A DNA stretch of 64,000 nucleotides from Nitrosopumilaceae archaeon (GTDB taxonomy: Archaea > Thermoproteota > Nitrososphaeria > Nitrososphaerales > Nitrosopumilaceae), in assembly GCA_052389415.1 (NCBI GenBank), contig JBQTHX010000034.1, forward strand, positions 1 through 64,000, given 5' to 3'. Below the pieces are notes generated by a model. That model was given only the letters and a program-made list of their open reading frames with translations, ran no database searches and was not told the origin of the DNA. The translations under genes and the position numbers were made by a program. Of the stretch, positions 48,388-59,436 are shown piece by piece. Numbering within the stretch: the stretch's first letter is position 1; every line of letters begins with the position of its first letter.

Positions 48388-49320
48388 TCAGAAGCCTTTT
48401 TCATTCAACATTAGTGCAAGTAGAGCTGCCCGTGTGTCTTTACCATATTCTGCTTGTTTGAAGTATTTTGCGTGGTTTGTTAGATCTACTTCAGGTGAAA
48501 TTTCATCAACACGCGGTAGAGGATGCATGATGATTGCATCATTTTTCATTTTCTTTATTATTTCAGGACCAATTTTGTAGGTACCTTTTACTTTGTTATA
48601 TTCTTCTGTATCTGCAAATCTCTCTTTTTGTATTCTTGTTACATATATAACATCAAATTCGTCTAGATTTTCTTCCAGGTTAACCGATTCTGTAAATGAT
48701 AATCGTTTTTTGATTTCATAAGTGGAATCAGTTCTAATCTTTAGTGCTTGTGGAGAAATAAGATGAACATCTACTTTGTAATTACCAAGTGCATATAGTA
48801 GAGAATAGACAGTTCTTCCATACTTCAAATCGCCAACAATAGCTATTTTCAAACCATCTAGTTTCTTTTTTTCTTTTCTCATCGTGTAAAGATCCAGAAT
48901 TGCTTGTGTTGGGTGTTCTTCAGTTCCACTACCTGCATTTATCATCGGTTTTGTAGAAACTTCAGCTGCAAATCTGCTTGAACCATCAAGTGGGTGCCTT
49001 AATACGAGAATGTCAGAGTAAAGTGACATGATTTTCACAGTGTCAGCAAGGCTTTCACCTTTTTTTGCAGAAGAAATGGAAGCATCCGCGATTCCTATGG
49101 ATGTACCACCAAGTGATGCCATTGCTGCTTCAAAGCTAAGTCTTGTTCTAGTACTTGGTTCAAAGAAAAGATATCCTAATGTTTTTCCACGTGCAATTTC
49201 ACGTCTTTCATTTGGATTCATATCGATTATTTTATCAGTAGCGTTAAAAATGGTGTCAAACTTTTGTTTGTCAAAATCACGTATTGAGACAATGTCTTTT
49301 TGGAAAAAAGAATTGCTCAT
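48388..49320 (-). CDS. pyrB: Aspartate carbamoyltransferase catalytic subunit
   Basis: FFEPSTRTRLSFE, HPTQ, GDLKYGRTV, TRIQKERF and MHPLPR motifs. Confidence 0.97.
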   Translation of the reverse strand: MSNSFFQKDIVSIRDFDKQKFDTIFNATDKIIDMNPNERREIARGKTLGYLFFEPSTRTRLSFEAAMASLGGTSIGIADASISSAKKGESLADTVKIMSLYSDILVLRHPLDGSSRFAAEVSTKPMINAGSGTEEHPTQAILDLYTMRKEKKKLDGLKIAIVGDLKYGRTVYSLLYALGNYKVDVHLISPQALKIRTDSTYEIKKRLSFTESVNLEENLDEFDVIYVTRIQKERFADTEEYNKVKGTYKIGPEIIKKMKNDAIIMHPLPRVDEISPEVDLTNHAKYFKQAEYGKDTRAALLALMLNEKGF

Positions 49321-49362
49321 TCTAATTCAATAATATATATGAGTACTATACAAAGTATTCCA

Positions 49363-49824
49363 ATGTCAGAGTCCGATCTTATTGTTAGACGAATAAGAAA
49401 TGGTACAGTCATTGATCACATTGAAGCTGGTAAAGGTCTCAAAGTTCTAAATGCACTTGAAATTGATGGAAAAGATGGAAATGTAATAACAATTGCGTTA
49501 AATGTACCAAGTGCAAAAGTTTCAAAAAAAGATATCATTAAAGTAGAAAACAGATTTCTTAAAGACGATGACACAAATAAACTTGCATTGATTGCTCCGA
49601 AGGCTACTGTTAACATAATCAAGGACTACAAGCTGGTTGAAAAAAGACGTGTTACTTTACCAAATGAGATTGAAAGAATTTTTCGATGTTCAAATCCTGA
49701 TTGTATTACAAACAGTGGTGAAGACATTGAATCAATAATGGATGTAGTGGACAAAAATGGACTTGTTCTTAGATGTAGATATTGTACAAGAATTTTAGAT
49801 GTTAACGAGCTAAAGTATTACTAG
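49363..49824 (+). CDS. pyrI: Aspartate carbamoyltransferase regulatory subunit
   Basis: L.V.RI.NGTVIDHI, KDIIK.E, C.NP.CIT and C.YC motifs; ATG at 49363. Confidence 0.95.
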   Translation: MSESDLIVRRIRNGTVIDHIEAGKGLKVLNALEIDGKDGNVITIALNVPSAKVSKKDIIKVENRFLKDDDTNKLALIAPKATVNIIKDYKLVEKRRVTLPNEIERIFRCSNPDCITNSGEDIESIMDVVDKNGLVLRCRYCTRILDVNELKYY

Positions 49825-49825
49825 T

Positions 49826-50143
49826 TTATTGTCCCAAAATGATGAACATCATGACGATACCGTAAATTGCAATTGATTCAACCATACCGACAAAGATGAA
49901 CACTTTAGATTGTAGAGCTGGATTTTCGCTAATTACCGCAAGACCGGCAGAGCCTACATAACCAAGACCTACACCTGCTCCAAGTGCGGCAAGACCAAAT
50001 GCAAGCCCTGCTCCCATCAACTTCGAAGAACTGTCTCCTGTAGTACTAGCTGCTGGTTCTTGAGCAAATGCAACTCCAGTAAAACCTGAAATTGAAATAA
50101 CTAATGCAACAATGAGTGCATAGGTTACGTATTTCATTCTCAA
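49826..50143 (-). CDS. atpK: A-type ATP synthase proteolipid c/K with N-terminal signal peptide
   Basis: GAGLAFGLAALGAG.G and ESIAIYG (ion-binding Glu) motifs; leader ending AFA-Q. Confidence 0.94.
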   Translation of the reverse strand: MRMKYVTYALIVALVISISGFTGVAFAQEPAASTTGDSSSKLMGAGLAFGLAALGAGVGLGYVGSAGLAVISENPALQSKVFIFVGMVESIAIYGIVMMFIILGQ

Positions 50144-50190
50144 AGTAGGCTCCTTCTCACGCCATATTTAAATCATGATATGATATTCGA

Positions 50191-50322
50191 TCAGATTTTG
50201 TCAAGAGTTTTCTTTTTGAAAGTCTTCAGATCATTTTTTATTGTTTCAGAAAATGATTCGTGATTCTCATCTAGTTTATGTTTTGCTTCTTCTAGCAATT
50301 TTTTAATTTCTTCCTTATCCAT
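50191..50322 (-). CDS. Small 43-aa charged helical ORF between atpD and atpK (not in ORF track)
   Basis: TAATG overlap with the atpD stop; MDKEEIKKLLEEAKHKLDENHESFSETIKNDLKTFKKKTLDKI. Confidence 0.7.
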   Translation of the reverse strand: MDKEEIKKLLEEAKHKLDENHESFSETIKNDLKTFKKKTLDKI

Positions 50323-50957
50323 TATGATTTTCTCCTTTCAATGACAGCTTTAACTTTTTTTAACCTTGCGAATTCTTCACGTTCTCTTTCTTCGAGTGTA
50401 GAAAGAATAAATTTAACTCGCAGTTGGTATTGTGGAATGATAACATTTTCTAGTGCATTAAGTAGCTTCTGAGTTTTTTCGAGGGCTTTTGCAAGGCTAA
50501 AGATAGAGTTTTCATATTCAGCTGCCTTGCAGATTTGTGAAAGCATTGTCTTGATCTGTTTTGCAGCTCTATCTATTGAAGCGTTTGTATCAGCAAAACC
50601 ATAGGGCATAGATTTTGTATCAGATTCTTTTACTGAAAGGGCCGGAATTGATACATCTACTACGCGTTTGACTGTTACATCAACTTGCATCACTGCTGGA
50701 GTAGATTGTGCGACAGAGTCTACGGTATTTGTACCCAATGAAAGATATGCATCGTTTACAGATCTGTATATATCCTGAAGTGGATTCCAGATGTCTCCTC
50801 TAGCTTTAGTTGCTTCATTTATCATTTCATCAATTCTTTTTAGTAAAACTTCACGTTTGTCATCAAGAATCTTTTGTACCATCTTTGCAACTTGGCTGGA
50901 TCGTTTATACTTTAGGAGCTCTATTTTTGTTGCAGTGACATTTTGTCCAAAGGACAT
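50322..50957 (-). CDS. atpD: A-type ATP synthase subunit D
   Basis: TK.EL, L.DKR..L, NALE.VIIP and LEEREREEF.RLK motifs. Confidence 0.95.
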   Translation of the reverse strand: MSFGQNVTATKIELLKYKRSSQVAKMVQKILDDKREVLLKRIDEMINEATKARGDIWNPLQDIYRSVNDAYLSLGTNTVDSVAQSTPAVMQVDVTVKRVVDVSIPALSVKESDTKSMPYGFADTNASIDRAAKQIKTMLSQICKAAEYENSIFSLAKALEKTQKLLNALENVIIPQYQLRVKFILSTLEEREREEFARLKKVKAVIERRKS

Positions 50958-52343
50958 TTAGCTTGCCTTGTAATATTGATCGATAAATTTGTCTTTGACT
51001 TTGGTAAGCTCACCTTTTGGTAAGATAGAGCCAGTTTTCCATTCTAATCCAAGTGTTTCTTCAAGAACTCTATTTTCGTCCACACCTTGTGACAAGACAT
51101 TTTGTTCAAACGCATCTCCTACGTCCATGTATTTTATATCGACTCCAGTAAGCCCTGCCTTTCCAACTATTTCAGAAAGAGCTCTTACTTCTTGTGCTCT
51201 TGAATAGGCATCATACATTTGATTGGCAATTTCCATATGATCTGCACGTGTTCTTCCCTCACCTACACCATCTTTCATGATTCTACTAAGACTCATCAAG
51301 ACATTGACCGGTGGATAGATACCTTTCCTAAACAGATCTCTACCTAATACAATCTGACCTTCTGTAATGTACCCAGTAAGATCAGGAATTGGATGTGTGA
51401 TATCATCAGCTGGCATACTAAGTATTGGCATCTGTGTCACACTTCCCTTTTTATCACGTAGTCTTCCTGCTCTTTCGTAAATTGTTGAAAGGTCTGTATA
51501 GAGATAGCCAGGATAACCTTTTCTTCCAGGTACTTCTTCTCTTGCTGCACTAATTTCACGCAGAGCCTCTGCATAATTTGTCATGTCTGTAAGAATAACA
51601 AGAACATGCATGCCAAGGTCATATGCTAGATATTCAGCTACGGTAAGTGCAACACGAGGAGTAATGATTCTTTCAATTGCAGGGTCATCAGCTAGGTTAA
51701 GAAAGAGTACACTTCTTTTAAGAGCACCCGATTCTTCTAGACTTCGTTTGAAGTACTGTGCTTCACTGTATTGCACCCCAATTGCTGCAAAGACGACAGC
51801 AAATTCTTCACCACTTCCTATTACTGTTGCTTGTCTTGCAATTTGAGCAGCTAAGATGTTATGTGACATTCCAGAACCAGAGAATATTGGAAGCTTTTGA
51901 CCTCTCACGAGTGTCAACATTCCGTCTATGACTGAAACACCAGTTTGGATGAAGTCTTTTGGATATTCTCTCTGCTCTGGATTCATTGGTTCTCCGTTAA
52001 TATCTAAAAATTTTGAAGCTATTGGATCAGGCAATCCGTCATTTGGTCTGCCAAGTCCATCAAATACTCTACCAAGAACCTCAGCAGAGACTGGCATCGT
52101 CATTGTTCTTCCGATAAATTTTGCTTTTGTTCCGGATATAGAAAGACCTGTTGTTCCTTCAAAAACCTGAACTACAGCTTTTCCGTTTCCAATTTCCAAA
52201 ACTTTACCCAGTCTTTTTTCTCCATCTGTTGTCTGAATCTCTACAAGTTCGTCAAACGAAGCCTTCTCTACTCCATCAACTATAACAAGCGGTCCTTTAA
52301 TTTCGGCTATTTTGCTGTATTCTATTCCGCCTTCTAGTGTCAA
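50958..52343 (-). CDS. atpB: A-type ATP synthase subunit B
   Basis: [29 protein letters not shown] and [15 protein letters not shown] motifs. Confidence 0.97.
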   Translation of the reverse strand: MTLEGGIEYSKIAEIKGPLVIVDGVEKASFDELVEIQTTDGEKRLGKVLEIGNGKAVVQVFEGTTGLSISGTKAKFIGRTMTMPVSAEVLGRVFDGLGRPNDGLPDPIASKFLDINGEPMNPEQREYPKDFIQTGVSVIDGMLTLVRGQKLPIFSGSGMSHNILAAQIARQATVIGSGEEFAVVFAAIGVQYSEAQYFKRSLEESGALKRSVLFLNLADDPAIERIITPRVALTVAEYLAYDLGMHVLVILTDMTNYAEALREISAAREEVPGRKGYPGYLYTDLSTIYERAGRLRDKKGSVTQMPILSMPADDITHPIPDLTGYITEGQIVLGRDLFRKGIYPPVNVLMSLSRIMKDGVGEGRTRADHMEIANQMYDAYSRAQEVRALSEIVGKAGLTGVDIKYMDVGDAFEQNVLSQGVDENRVLEETLGLEWKTGSILPKGELTKVKDKFIDQYYKAS

Positions 52344-54118
52344 GTCGCGACTTTCACTCCCATAATATTTTTGAATTGTTCGTTCATCAATGAATCAAGT
52401 TGGTCAAGTTTTTCGATTTGATCATCAGGAACCTCCATTCTTGCTTTTAAAATATTACTGATTACAGACATAGCGCGGATATCTGGAAGAGTTGCACCTT
52501 CCTTTAGCGCACGCTGACCTCCCTTGAAGAAGTTAACCATGAGTTTTAGAAGTTTGAGTTGTTTTTTAGGACTGCAATAAGTATCTACATTGTCAAAGGA
52601 GTTTTGTTGTAAGATTCCTATCTTTATCATTCTCGCAACTTCTAAGATTAATTTTTCTTCGTCAGGTAGTGCTTCAGGTCCCAGCAATCTTACGATTTCT
52701 TTGAGAGTATCTTCTCTTTGCAATACTGAATATGCCTCATTTCTTAAGTGCAACCATTCATCACTAACATTTGCACTCCACCATTTCGCAATATCAGAAA
52801 GATAACCTGAATAACTATTCATCCAATTGATTGATGGGTAATGTCTAGAATATGCTAGTCTTGCATCTAATGCCCAGAAAGTCTTGATGAATCTAATGGT
52901 GTGAGTTGTAACGGGTTCTGTAAAGTCACCACCCGATGGCGATACAGCGCCGACAAGAGTTACGGATCCCTCTCTTTCTGGACCTCCAAGAGCACTTACA
53001 CGTCCTGCTCTTTCATAAAATTCTGCTAATCTTGATGCAAGATATGATGGATAACCTTCTTCTGCTGGCATCTCTTCTAACCTTCCACTCATTTCACGTA
53101 AAGCTTCTGCCCATCTACTTGTAGAATCTGCAACAAGCACAACATGTTTTCCCATGTCTCTGTAATATTCAGCGATTGTAACTCCTGTGTAGATGCTTGC
53201 TTCTCTTGCAGCTACTGGCATGTTACTTGTATTTGCAACAAGTACAGTTCTTTCCATCAAAGGCCTTCCAGTGTTTGGATCTTTTAGATGTGGAAATTCT
53301 ACAAGAACTTCGGTCATCTCATTTCCTCGTTCACCACATCCAATGTAAACTACGACTTGGGAGTCTGCCCACTTTGCAATTTGGTGTAGTGTTACAGTTT
53401 TTCCAGTACCAAATGCACCTGGAATAGAACCTGTTCCGCCTTTTGCTATTGGAAAGAACGTATCAATAACACGTTGTCCTGTAATCAGGGGTACTGTGGG
53501 ATCAAATCTTTGTTTGTATGGTCGCGGTTTTCTTACCGGCCATCTATGATACATCTTTAGAGGTCTTTTCTTTCCATCACTTTCAGTGACAGCAATCTCT
53601 GTCTCAAGGTCGTATTCACCCTCGCTCACAATGCTGATAAGCTTGCTATCAGGATGATCAGGTGGAACAAGAATACTGTGTTTGATTAATTGAGTTTCGT
53701 CAACTGTACCAAGGACATCTCCTCCCTGTATTTTATCACCTACTTTGACCGTTGGGGTAAACTTGTATTTTTTCGTCATATCTACGGGTGTTGTTGTAAC
53801 ACCTCTACCAATGAAAGCTCCAGATTTTTTAGAAAGTTCGTTTAATGGTCTTTGTATTCCATCATAAATTTGCCCAATTATTCCAGGACCAAGTAAAACA
53901 CTTAATGGATTTCCAGTACCAATAACTGGTTCACCTGGTTTCAGTCCACTTGTTGATTCGTAAACTTGTATAAATGCAACGTCGCCTGTCAGACGAATTA
54001 CTTCACCAATAAGATTCAAACTTCCTACTGAAACCGTTTCATACATTTTTGCATCAGACATTCCATCTGCTTTTACAGCAGGACCGCTAACCCAAACTAT
54101 TTTTCCTTTTGCGACCAT
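52340..54118 (-). CDS. atpA: A-type ATP synthase subunit A
   Basis: [17 protein letters not shown] and [13 protein letters not shown] motifs; no intein. Confidence 0.97.
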   Translation of the reverse strand: MVAKGKIVWVSGPAVKADGMSDAKMYETVSVGSLNLIGEVIRLTGDVAFIQVYESTSGLKPGEPVIGTGNPLSVLLGPGIIGQIYDGIQRPLNELSKKSGAFIGRGVTTTPVDMTKKYKFTPTVKVGDKIQGGDVLGTVDETQLIKHSILVPPDHPDSKLISIVSEGEYDLETEIAVTESDGKKRPLKMYHRWPVRKPRPYKQRFDPTVPLITGQRVIDTFFPIAKGGTGSIPGAFGTGKTVTLHQIAKWADSQVVVYIGCGERGNEMTEVLVEFPHLKDPNTGRPLMERTVLVANTSNMPVAAREASIYTGVTIAEYYRDMGKHVVLVADSTSRWAEALREMSGRLEEMPAEEGYPSYLASRLAEFYERAGRVSALGGPEREGSVTLVGAVSPSGGDFTEPVTTHTIRFIKTFWALDARLAYSRHYPSINWMNSYSGYLSDIAKWWSANVSDEWLHLRNEAYSVLQREDTLKEIVRLLGPEALPDEEKLILEVARMIKIGILQQNSFDNVDTYCSPKKQLKLLKLMVNFFKGGQRALKEGATLPDIRAMSVISNILKARMEVPDDQIEKLDQLDSLMNEQFKNIMGVKVAT

Positions 54119-54120
54119 AA

Positions 54121-54714
54121 CTATCTGCCGAATCTGATTGCAATGTCTTTCCTTATTAAAGGCTTTAGACGTTCAATTCTCGCATCGATTGTATTATCGA
54201 AGCTCATCGATCCATCCTTTGATTTTACTACTAGACCACCAAGACAATTAATTGTTTTAGAAGATAATGTTGCACCTGGAAATTTAGATAAAATTGATTG
54301 AACTACTGACTTGTCTTTTGAATTGCATTCAATAATAACATCAGAAGTCCCAAGTCCTTTTACTGATTCATCAAGTAATTGAGTCACAAGTTTAGTGTAA
54401 TCTTCATTTCGTACCAAGTCATTCAGCTTTTCTATAGCTTTTGCAAATACTTTCTCAACAGATTCTTCAACGTGTAAGAGTTGCTTGTTCCTAGCTTCAA
54501 GAGCAGCACTGCCAGTGATTTGTTTTTGAAGTTTGTCAGCTTCCTTTTTACCATCTACAAGTATCCTATCATAATCTTGCTCCAGTGAAGAAAGCGAGTT
54601 TGAGAGCGTGTTCTTAGAGTCATCAAGTGATTGGCTTAAGGTCATCAGAAGTTCGTTTTCAGATTGATTCAGAATCTTATCAACAGTTTTCTCTAATGCA
54701 GGGCTAGATGTCAA
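54121..54714 (-). CDS. atpE: A-type ATP synthase subunit E
   Basis: Coiled coil followed by LGG..V...DG...DNTID.R; upstream of atpA. Confidence 0.9.
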   Translation of the reverse strand: MTSSPALEKTVDKILNQSENELLMTLSQSLDDSKNTLSNSLSSLEQDYDRILVDGKKEADKLQKQITGSAALEARNKQLLHVEESVEKVFAKAIEKLNDLVRNEDYTKLVTQLLDESVKGLGTSDVIIECNSKDKSVVQSILSKFPGATLSSKTINCLGGLVVKSKDGSMSFDNTIDARIERLKPLIRKDIAIRFGR

Positions 54715-54811
54715 CGATCAGGCGTTTTAATGCTAACAGATTTTAATGTTTTGACTCTGAAAAAAATTCTTAGAAACGTTTTAAAAACGTGAAATCACCC
54801 GAGAATCTGTC

Positions 54812-56914
54812 TTGGTTGTAGCAGAATTAATGTTGGGAACTATTATTGTACCAAGAACAGAGTCTCCAGAAGCGATTTCAAGGCTAACTGAATTTGAGTG
54901 GTTCCATAAGATAGAAACGCAAAATGATACTGTTACTCCTGAGATTGATGATCTGCTATTGAAAGTTCAAAAACTCTATCAAACAATTGATGAAGTTGTA
55001 AAAGGTCTTCAAATTCCAAGTAGAGTTGGAATAATGGAAATTTTGTTTAAAGGGTTAGTAATAAAAAGAAACCAGTATGAGCTTGATGAAATTGCAACTA
55101 TGATAAATGATTTGGAGAGAAAAAGTCATGCAATCATTGATGGACCGGCAAAACTTCTTGAGGATCATGGAAACACAAAACGTTCTCTTGAAGAATACAC
55201 TAGCCTCAAAGAAACTCTAGAAGTTGTAAAAAAACTGAATATTAATTTAAGCAATCTTGGACAGATGAAATATTTTTACACAAATCTGTTTGTAATAAAT
55301 TCCTCAGACTTCGCTGAGATTAATCGCACACTTGAAGGAATTACAATTTTCAAGTATGAACTAGATAGTAAGTTAAAAACAGCAATCATGATTTTTACTG
55401 ATAGCCAAGACTCTGAACGAGTCCTCAAGGTTCTTCGAAGTTTCAATGCAAACCCGTTTATCATACCACAGGGAATTCCACAAAATCCTAGTCAAGCATA
55501 TAGTCTAGTCGTTTCAAAAATTACTGAACTTACTGCCAAAGAAAAAAAACTTTCAAAGGAACTTGTAGAAACAAAAAAGAAAATTCGTGGTCCGATACTG
55601 TCATTGCATGAAGGTTCCGGGATTGCAAAGGATGTCCTCGAAAAAATGCGCAAACCTGGAGGGACAAAACGATTTGCGGTAATACAAGGATACATCCCAC
55701 GTACAATGGAAAAAAAATTCATAGAAATAACAAAAAGATGGATGTCAATAACTGAGGAAATTGTTGATCCCAAATTACTCAGGGAGACTCCAGTTCTTTT
55801 TGCTAACAAGGCATGGACTAGAACATTTGAAGTCATTACAGAGAGTCAAGGAATACCGAAACGTGGTGAGGCGGACCCAACGCCGATGATAGCGATCATG
55901 TGGCCAATATTTTATGGGATCATGTTTGCTGATTTTGGCCATGGAATCTTGCTTATGCTTCTGGGATTACTGTTCAAATTCAAAGGTCAAGGAACACTTG
56001 CGAAATGGGGCATGCTAATTGCCATATCAGGTGGTTCAGCAGCCTTTGCCGGAATATTGACGGGCGAGGCATTTGGTTTTCATCTAGATGCATTTGCTCC
56101 GATTCATGCACTCTTAGAAGAAGGTGGTCCACTTCATTCTATAGAGTGGTTAGTTGGAATCATTAGCGTATCTGAACTAAACTTTGAACAAGTGATTAGA
56201 ATTCTAAAAGTTTCGATATTTCTTGGAATAATTCATCTAGTTTGGGCATTTGTTTTACACATCAGACGGCTTTATCGAAGAGGTGACAAGTTTACCATGT
56301 TTTCAGAAGCCATTCCAACTCTTGTAATGTATGGGGGAGTAGTAGTCATCATGATGACTGCCATTGGTTCTGGATACGACATAATGAACATGTATTCACG
56401 TATTCACAATGAGCCTGTTCCTTGGGTCACAATACTTGTAGGTGATTGGGCACGTGTTTGGATTGTCGCAAGAATTGCGATACCTGTAACCATCGGTTGC
56501 ATGGCAATGATAATGGTTGGAGGAGTACTTCACAATAAGAGACATCCAGGAGAAGGAGGCAGCATTATGAATGTTGTAATCGAAGTGCTATTAGTAAAAA
56601 CTGTTGAGCTTTTATCACATACAATAAGTTATGCAAGAATTGGAATTATGCTTCTTGTTCATGCAGCACTTTTACTAACTGTAAATAATTCATATCATTC
56701 AATGGGAGGAGCGGAGTCACCCGGTGGACTAGCTTTGATAATTGGCGGAAATCTTGGAATAATGATGATCGAAGGTTTGATCGTATACATTCAGTCTTTA
56801 AGGTTACATCTCTACGAATTTTTTACAAAATGGTATGATGGTGGTGGAAAACCATTCAAGAAGATTGCACCAGAGATGCTTTATAATCAACTCTTGTGGA
56901 AGAAAAGAGACTAG
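54812..56914 (+). CDS. atpI: A-type ATP synthase subunit I (a), divergent from atpE
   Basis: E.DPTP, FYGIMFADFGHG, SHTISYAR and IQSLRLH.YEFF.K.Y motifs. Confidence 0.95.
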   Translation: MVVAELMLGTIIVPRTESPEAISRLTEFEWFHKIETQNDTVTPEIDDLLLKVQKLYQTIDEVVKGLQIPSRVGIMEILFKGLVIKRNQYELDEIATMINDLERKSHAIIDGPAKLLEDHGNTKRSLEEYTSLKETLEVVKKLNINLSNLGQMKYFYTNLFVINSSDFAEINRTLEGITIFKYELDSKLKTAIMIFTDSQDSERVLKVLRSFNANPFIIPQGIPQNPSQAYSLVVSKITELTAKEKKLSKELVETKKKIRGPILSLHEGSGIAKDVLEKMRKPGGTKRFAVIQGYIPRTMEKKFIEITKRWMSITEEIVDPKLLRETPVLFANKAWTRTFEVITESQGIPKRGEADPTPMIAIMWPIFYGIMFADFGHGILLMLLGLLFKFKGQGTLAKWGMLIAISGGSAAFAGILTGEAFGFHLDAFAPIHALLEEGGPLHSIEWLVGIISVSELNFEQVIRILKVSIFLGIIHLVWAFVLHIRRLYRRGDKFTMFSEAIPTLVMYGGVVVIMMTAIGSGYDIMNMYSRIHNEPVPWVTILVGDWARVWIVARIAIPVTIGCMAMIMVGGVLHNKRHPGEGGSIMNVVIEVLLVKTVELLSHTISYARIGIMLLVHAALLLTVNNSYHSMGGAESPGGLALIIGGNLGIMMIEGLIVYIQSLRLHLYEFFTKWYDGGGKPFKKIAPEMLYNQLLWKKRD

Positions 56915-57687
56915 GCCACAGGTAATTCCAATCTATTTCCCCATTCTCCCCAAGAACCTAAATAGACTTTAACATTTTTGAATCCAAGTTTTTTTAGAGC
57001 TAGAAATGAGTTTGCTGCTCTATATCCACCTTGACAATAAGTCACTATCTCATCATATTGAGATAATTGTTGATAAAGTTCAAAAAGAGATTTACTGTCT
57101 TTCATTGTTCCATCTTCTGTTATGTTACGGTTCCAATCAATGTGTATTGCTTTTGGAATATGACCACTTCTTGCAGCTCGTATTATTGTACCGTCAAATT
57201 CTTCCTTTGATCTAGCATCAACAAGTTTTATTTTGTCTAAATTTTTTTTTATGTATTCAAATCCCACAATGATTTCTTTGTTGAGTTTTCCAGAGAATTT
57301 TGAAGGTTTGAAGCCGTTTGTTTTTGTTTCTATGGGTAGACCTTCTTTTTTCCATTTTCTCATTCCACCCTCAAGCATGTAAACCTTTGAATGTGAAAGA
57401 TATAACAAGAGCCACACGCCTCGAGCTGCACTCATGCCGGAGATCTCATCATAAAATATGACTTTGCTTTCTGATGTTATTCCAACATAAGAAAATAGTT
57501 TTTGCATTTCCATGTCAAAGGCTTCCAAACCTTCTTTTGATGTATCAAACCAATGATACGAAAACAAGTCTAGATTCACAGCACCAGGAACATGTTCAAC
57601 AGAATAATCTTTGTATGATCTTGTGTCTATAACGATCAGGCTCTGATCGTCAAGCGTTCTTACCAATTCGTCAGTAGTGATAAACAT
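56911..57687 (-). CDS. Tandem-domain rhodanese/sulfurtransferase
   Basis: HVPGA, DARS..EF.G, GHIP.A, YCQGGYRA and Y.GSW.EW motifs. Confidence 0.93.
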   Translation of the reverse strand: MFITTDELVRTLDDQSLIVIDTRSYKDYSVEHVPGAVNLDLFSYHWFDTSKEGLEAFDMEMQKLFSYVGITSESKVIFYDEISGMSAARGVWLLLYLSHSKVYMLEGGMRKWKKEGLPIETKTNGFKPSKFSGKLNKEIIVGFEYIKKNLDKIKLVDARSKEEFDGTIIRAARSGHIPKAIHIDWNRNITEDGTMKDSKSLFELYQQLSQYDEIVTYCQGGYRAANSFLALKKLGFKNVKVYLGSWGEWGNRLELPVA

Positions 57688-57766
57688 GGAAGGAATTTAG
57701 TTGAAGATATCTAAATTCATTTCACAATAAGATTGAATAAAAATAAAAAGGAAAGTGTGAGTCGTA

Positions 57767-59236
57767 CTATTCGTTTACGTACGCTCTTTCTCCGTGCTGT
57801 GCTATATCAAGACCTACTTCTTCCTCTTTTGGAGTAACTCGTATGCTTCCTGGCCACACTGCATCCATAATCTTGATTATGATTGCAGTAATACCTACTG
57901 CCCATGCCATTGCTGCAAATGCACCAATTGCGTTGTTAAGTAGTTGTTGTGGATTTCCAAATGCGAGTCCATCAGCGCCCCATGGTGTAAATCGCTTTTC
58001 AGCAAATACACCAGTAAGGAGTGCACCGACTAATCCTCCAATGCCATGTACTGCCCATGTATCAAGTGCATCATCCCATTTGCGTCTGTTCTTAAACAGC
58101 ACTGCGCCATAGCATACGCATGATGCAGCAATGCCGATAATAATTGCAGACATTGGGGAGACGAAACCTGATGCTGGTGTAATAGCTACAAGACCGGCTA
58201 CAGCACCAGTTGCTGCGCCAATTGTAGAAGGTTTTCCAGTATGGGCCCATGATACTAACATCCATGTAACGGCTGCCATTCCTGTAGCAATTTGAGTTGC
58301 TACAAATGCACTGACTGCGTTTGTGGCAGCTGCAAGTGCTGATCCAGCATTAAAGCCGAACCATCCAAACCAGAGCAAAGCTGCACCAAGAACTATCAGT
58401 GGTATGTTGTGAGGTTCCATTGGAACCTTTCCATATCCTAATCTTCTGCCCAACATCAGAGCTATAACTAGTCCTGAGAAGCCAGATGTGATGTGGATTA
58501 CGGTTCCGCCTGCAAAGTCAAGTGACGGAAGTGCGCCTGTCCAGCCTATTGCTGTACCACCAGTTCCTAGTGACCATGTCCAGTGAGCGGCAAAGTCATA
58601 CACGAATGTTGCCCATAGAAGTACAAAGATCACGAATGCACTAAACTTCATTCTTTCTGCTAATGAGGCTACAATTAGTGCGGGAGTGATTATAGCGAAC
58701 ATCATCTGGAATACCATGACTGTCTGATTAGTAACAGTGACTCCGGTAATTCCACCGTAAACGTCTGATGGAACGTCATGAAGTACGTTATTGAGTCCTA
58801 CCCAGTCTAAAGTGCCTATGAATCCATTTCCTGCATCTGGACCAAAGGCAAGACTGTAGCCCCATAGAGTCCATTGCACCGCGACAATTCCAGTTGTGAT
58901 GAATACCATCATCAACGAATTAGTTGCATTCTTTGATCTTGAAAGTCCAGCATAGAAAATTGCAAGTCCAGCGGGTGTCATTACCAACACGAGTGCTGAA
59001 GCAGTTAACATCCAAGCGGTGTCACCAGTATCTATCGGGCATGGAACTAAATTTCCATCTCCGTCTACTACCAGATTTTCGCTTTCATCTACTTCAAAGC
59101 AATGATATTTTACTGCGGGATCGTCTGCCGTATAGGCAAAGGCGTTTCCCGAGAAATTTATTGCTAGTAGCGCAGAAGCTACTATTACAGCACTTATGGT
59201 AAGTACCTCGGACCTTCGTGCTCTCTTCCAAAACAT
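57767..59236 (-). CDS. amt: Ammonium transporter
   Basis: D.GDTAW.L, FQMMFA, DFAGGTVIH, WFGWFGFNAGS and DDALD...VHG motifs (Phe gate, twin His). Confidence 0.97.
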   Translation of the reverse strand: MFWKRARRSEVLTISAVIVASALLAINFSGNAFAYTADDPAVKYHCFEVDESENLVVDGDGNLVPCPIDTGDTAWMLTASALVLVMTPAGLAIFYAGLSRSKNATNSLMMVFITTGIVAVQWTLWGYSLAFGPDAGNGFIGTLDWVGLNNVLHDVPSDVYGGITGVTVTNQTVMVFQMMFAIITPALIVASLAERMKFSAFVIFVLLWATFVYDFAAHWTWSLGTGGTAIGWTGALPSLDFAGGTVIHITSGFSGLVIALMLGRRLGYGKVPMEPHNIPLIVLGAALLWFGWFGFNAGSALAAATNAVSAFVATQIATGMAAVTWMLVSWAHTGKPSTIGAATGAVAGLVAITPASGFVSPMSAIIIGIAASCVCYGAVLFKNRRKWDDALDTWAVHGIGGLVGALLTGVFAEKRFTPWGADGLAFGNPQQLLNNAIGAFAAMAWAVGITAIIIKIMDAVWPGSIRVTPKEEEVGLDIAQHGERAYVNE

Positions 59237-59272
59237 TGGATCTTGTCCTTATTGAAAGTATAAAAAACATTG

Positions 59273-59372
59273 TATCATATTTGACGATTTTTATGATATA
59301 TTAATCAGATAATAAGTATTATAATGTACTGAATTATATGATAATAACGTAAAATGAAGATTTTATATCATA
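59273..59372. promoter_or_regulatory. Cluster of four TATCATA/TATGATA half-sites between amt and a divergent wHTH gene
   Basis: TATCATA 59273-79, TATGATA 59292-98, TATGATA 59337-43, TATCATA 59366-72. Confidence 0.5.
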
Positions 59373-59436
59373 CCTATCAAAAATACGAGGTCATTAATTT
59401 TCAATCTAATAAAATAATACGAAATAGATCATCTGT

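Noticed and set aside
26461-54118. Inteins in nrdJ or atpA
   Set aside because: Lengths are normal and no intein splice or LAGLIDADG motifs are present.
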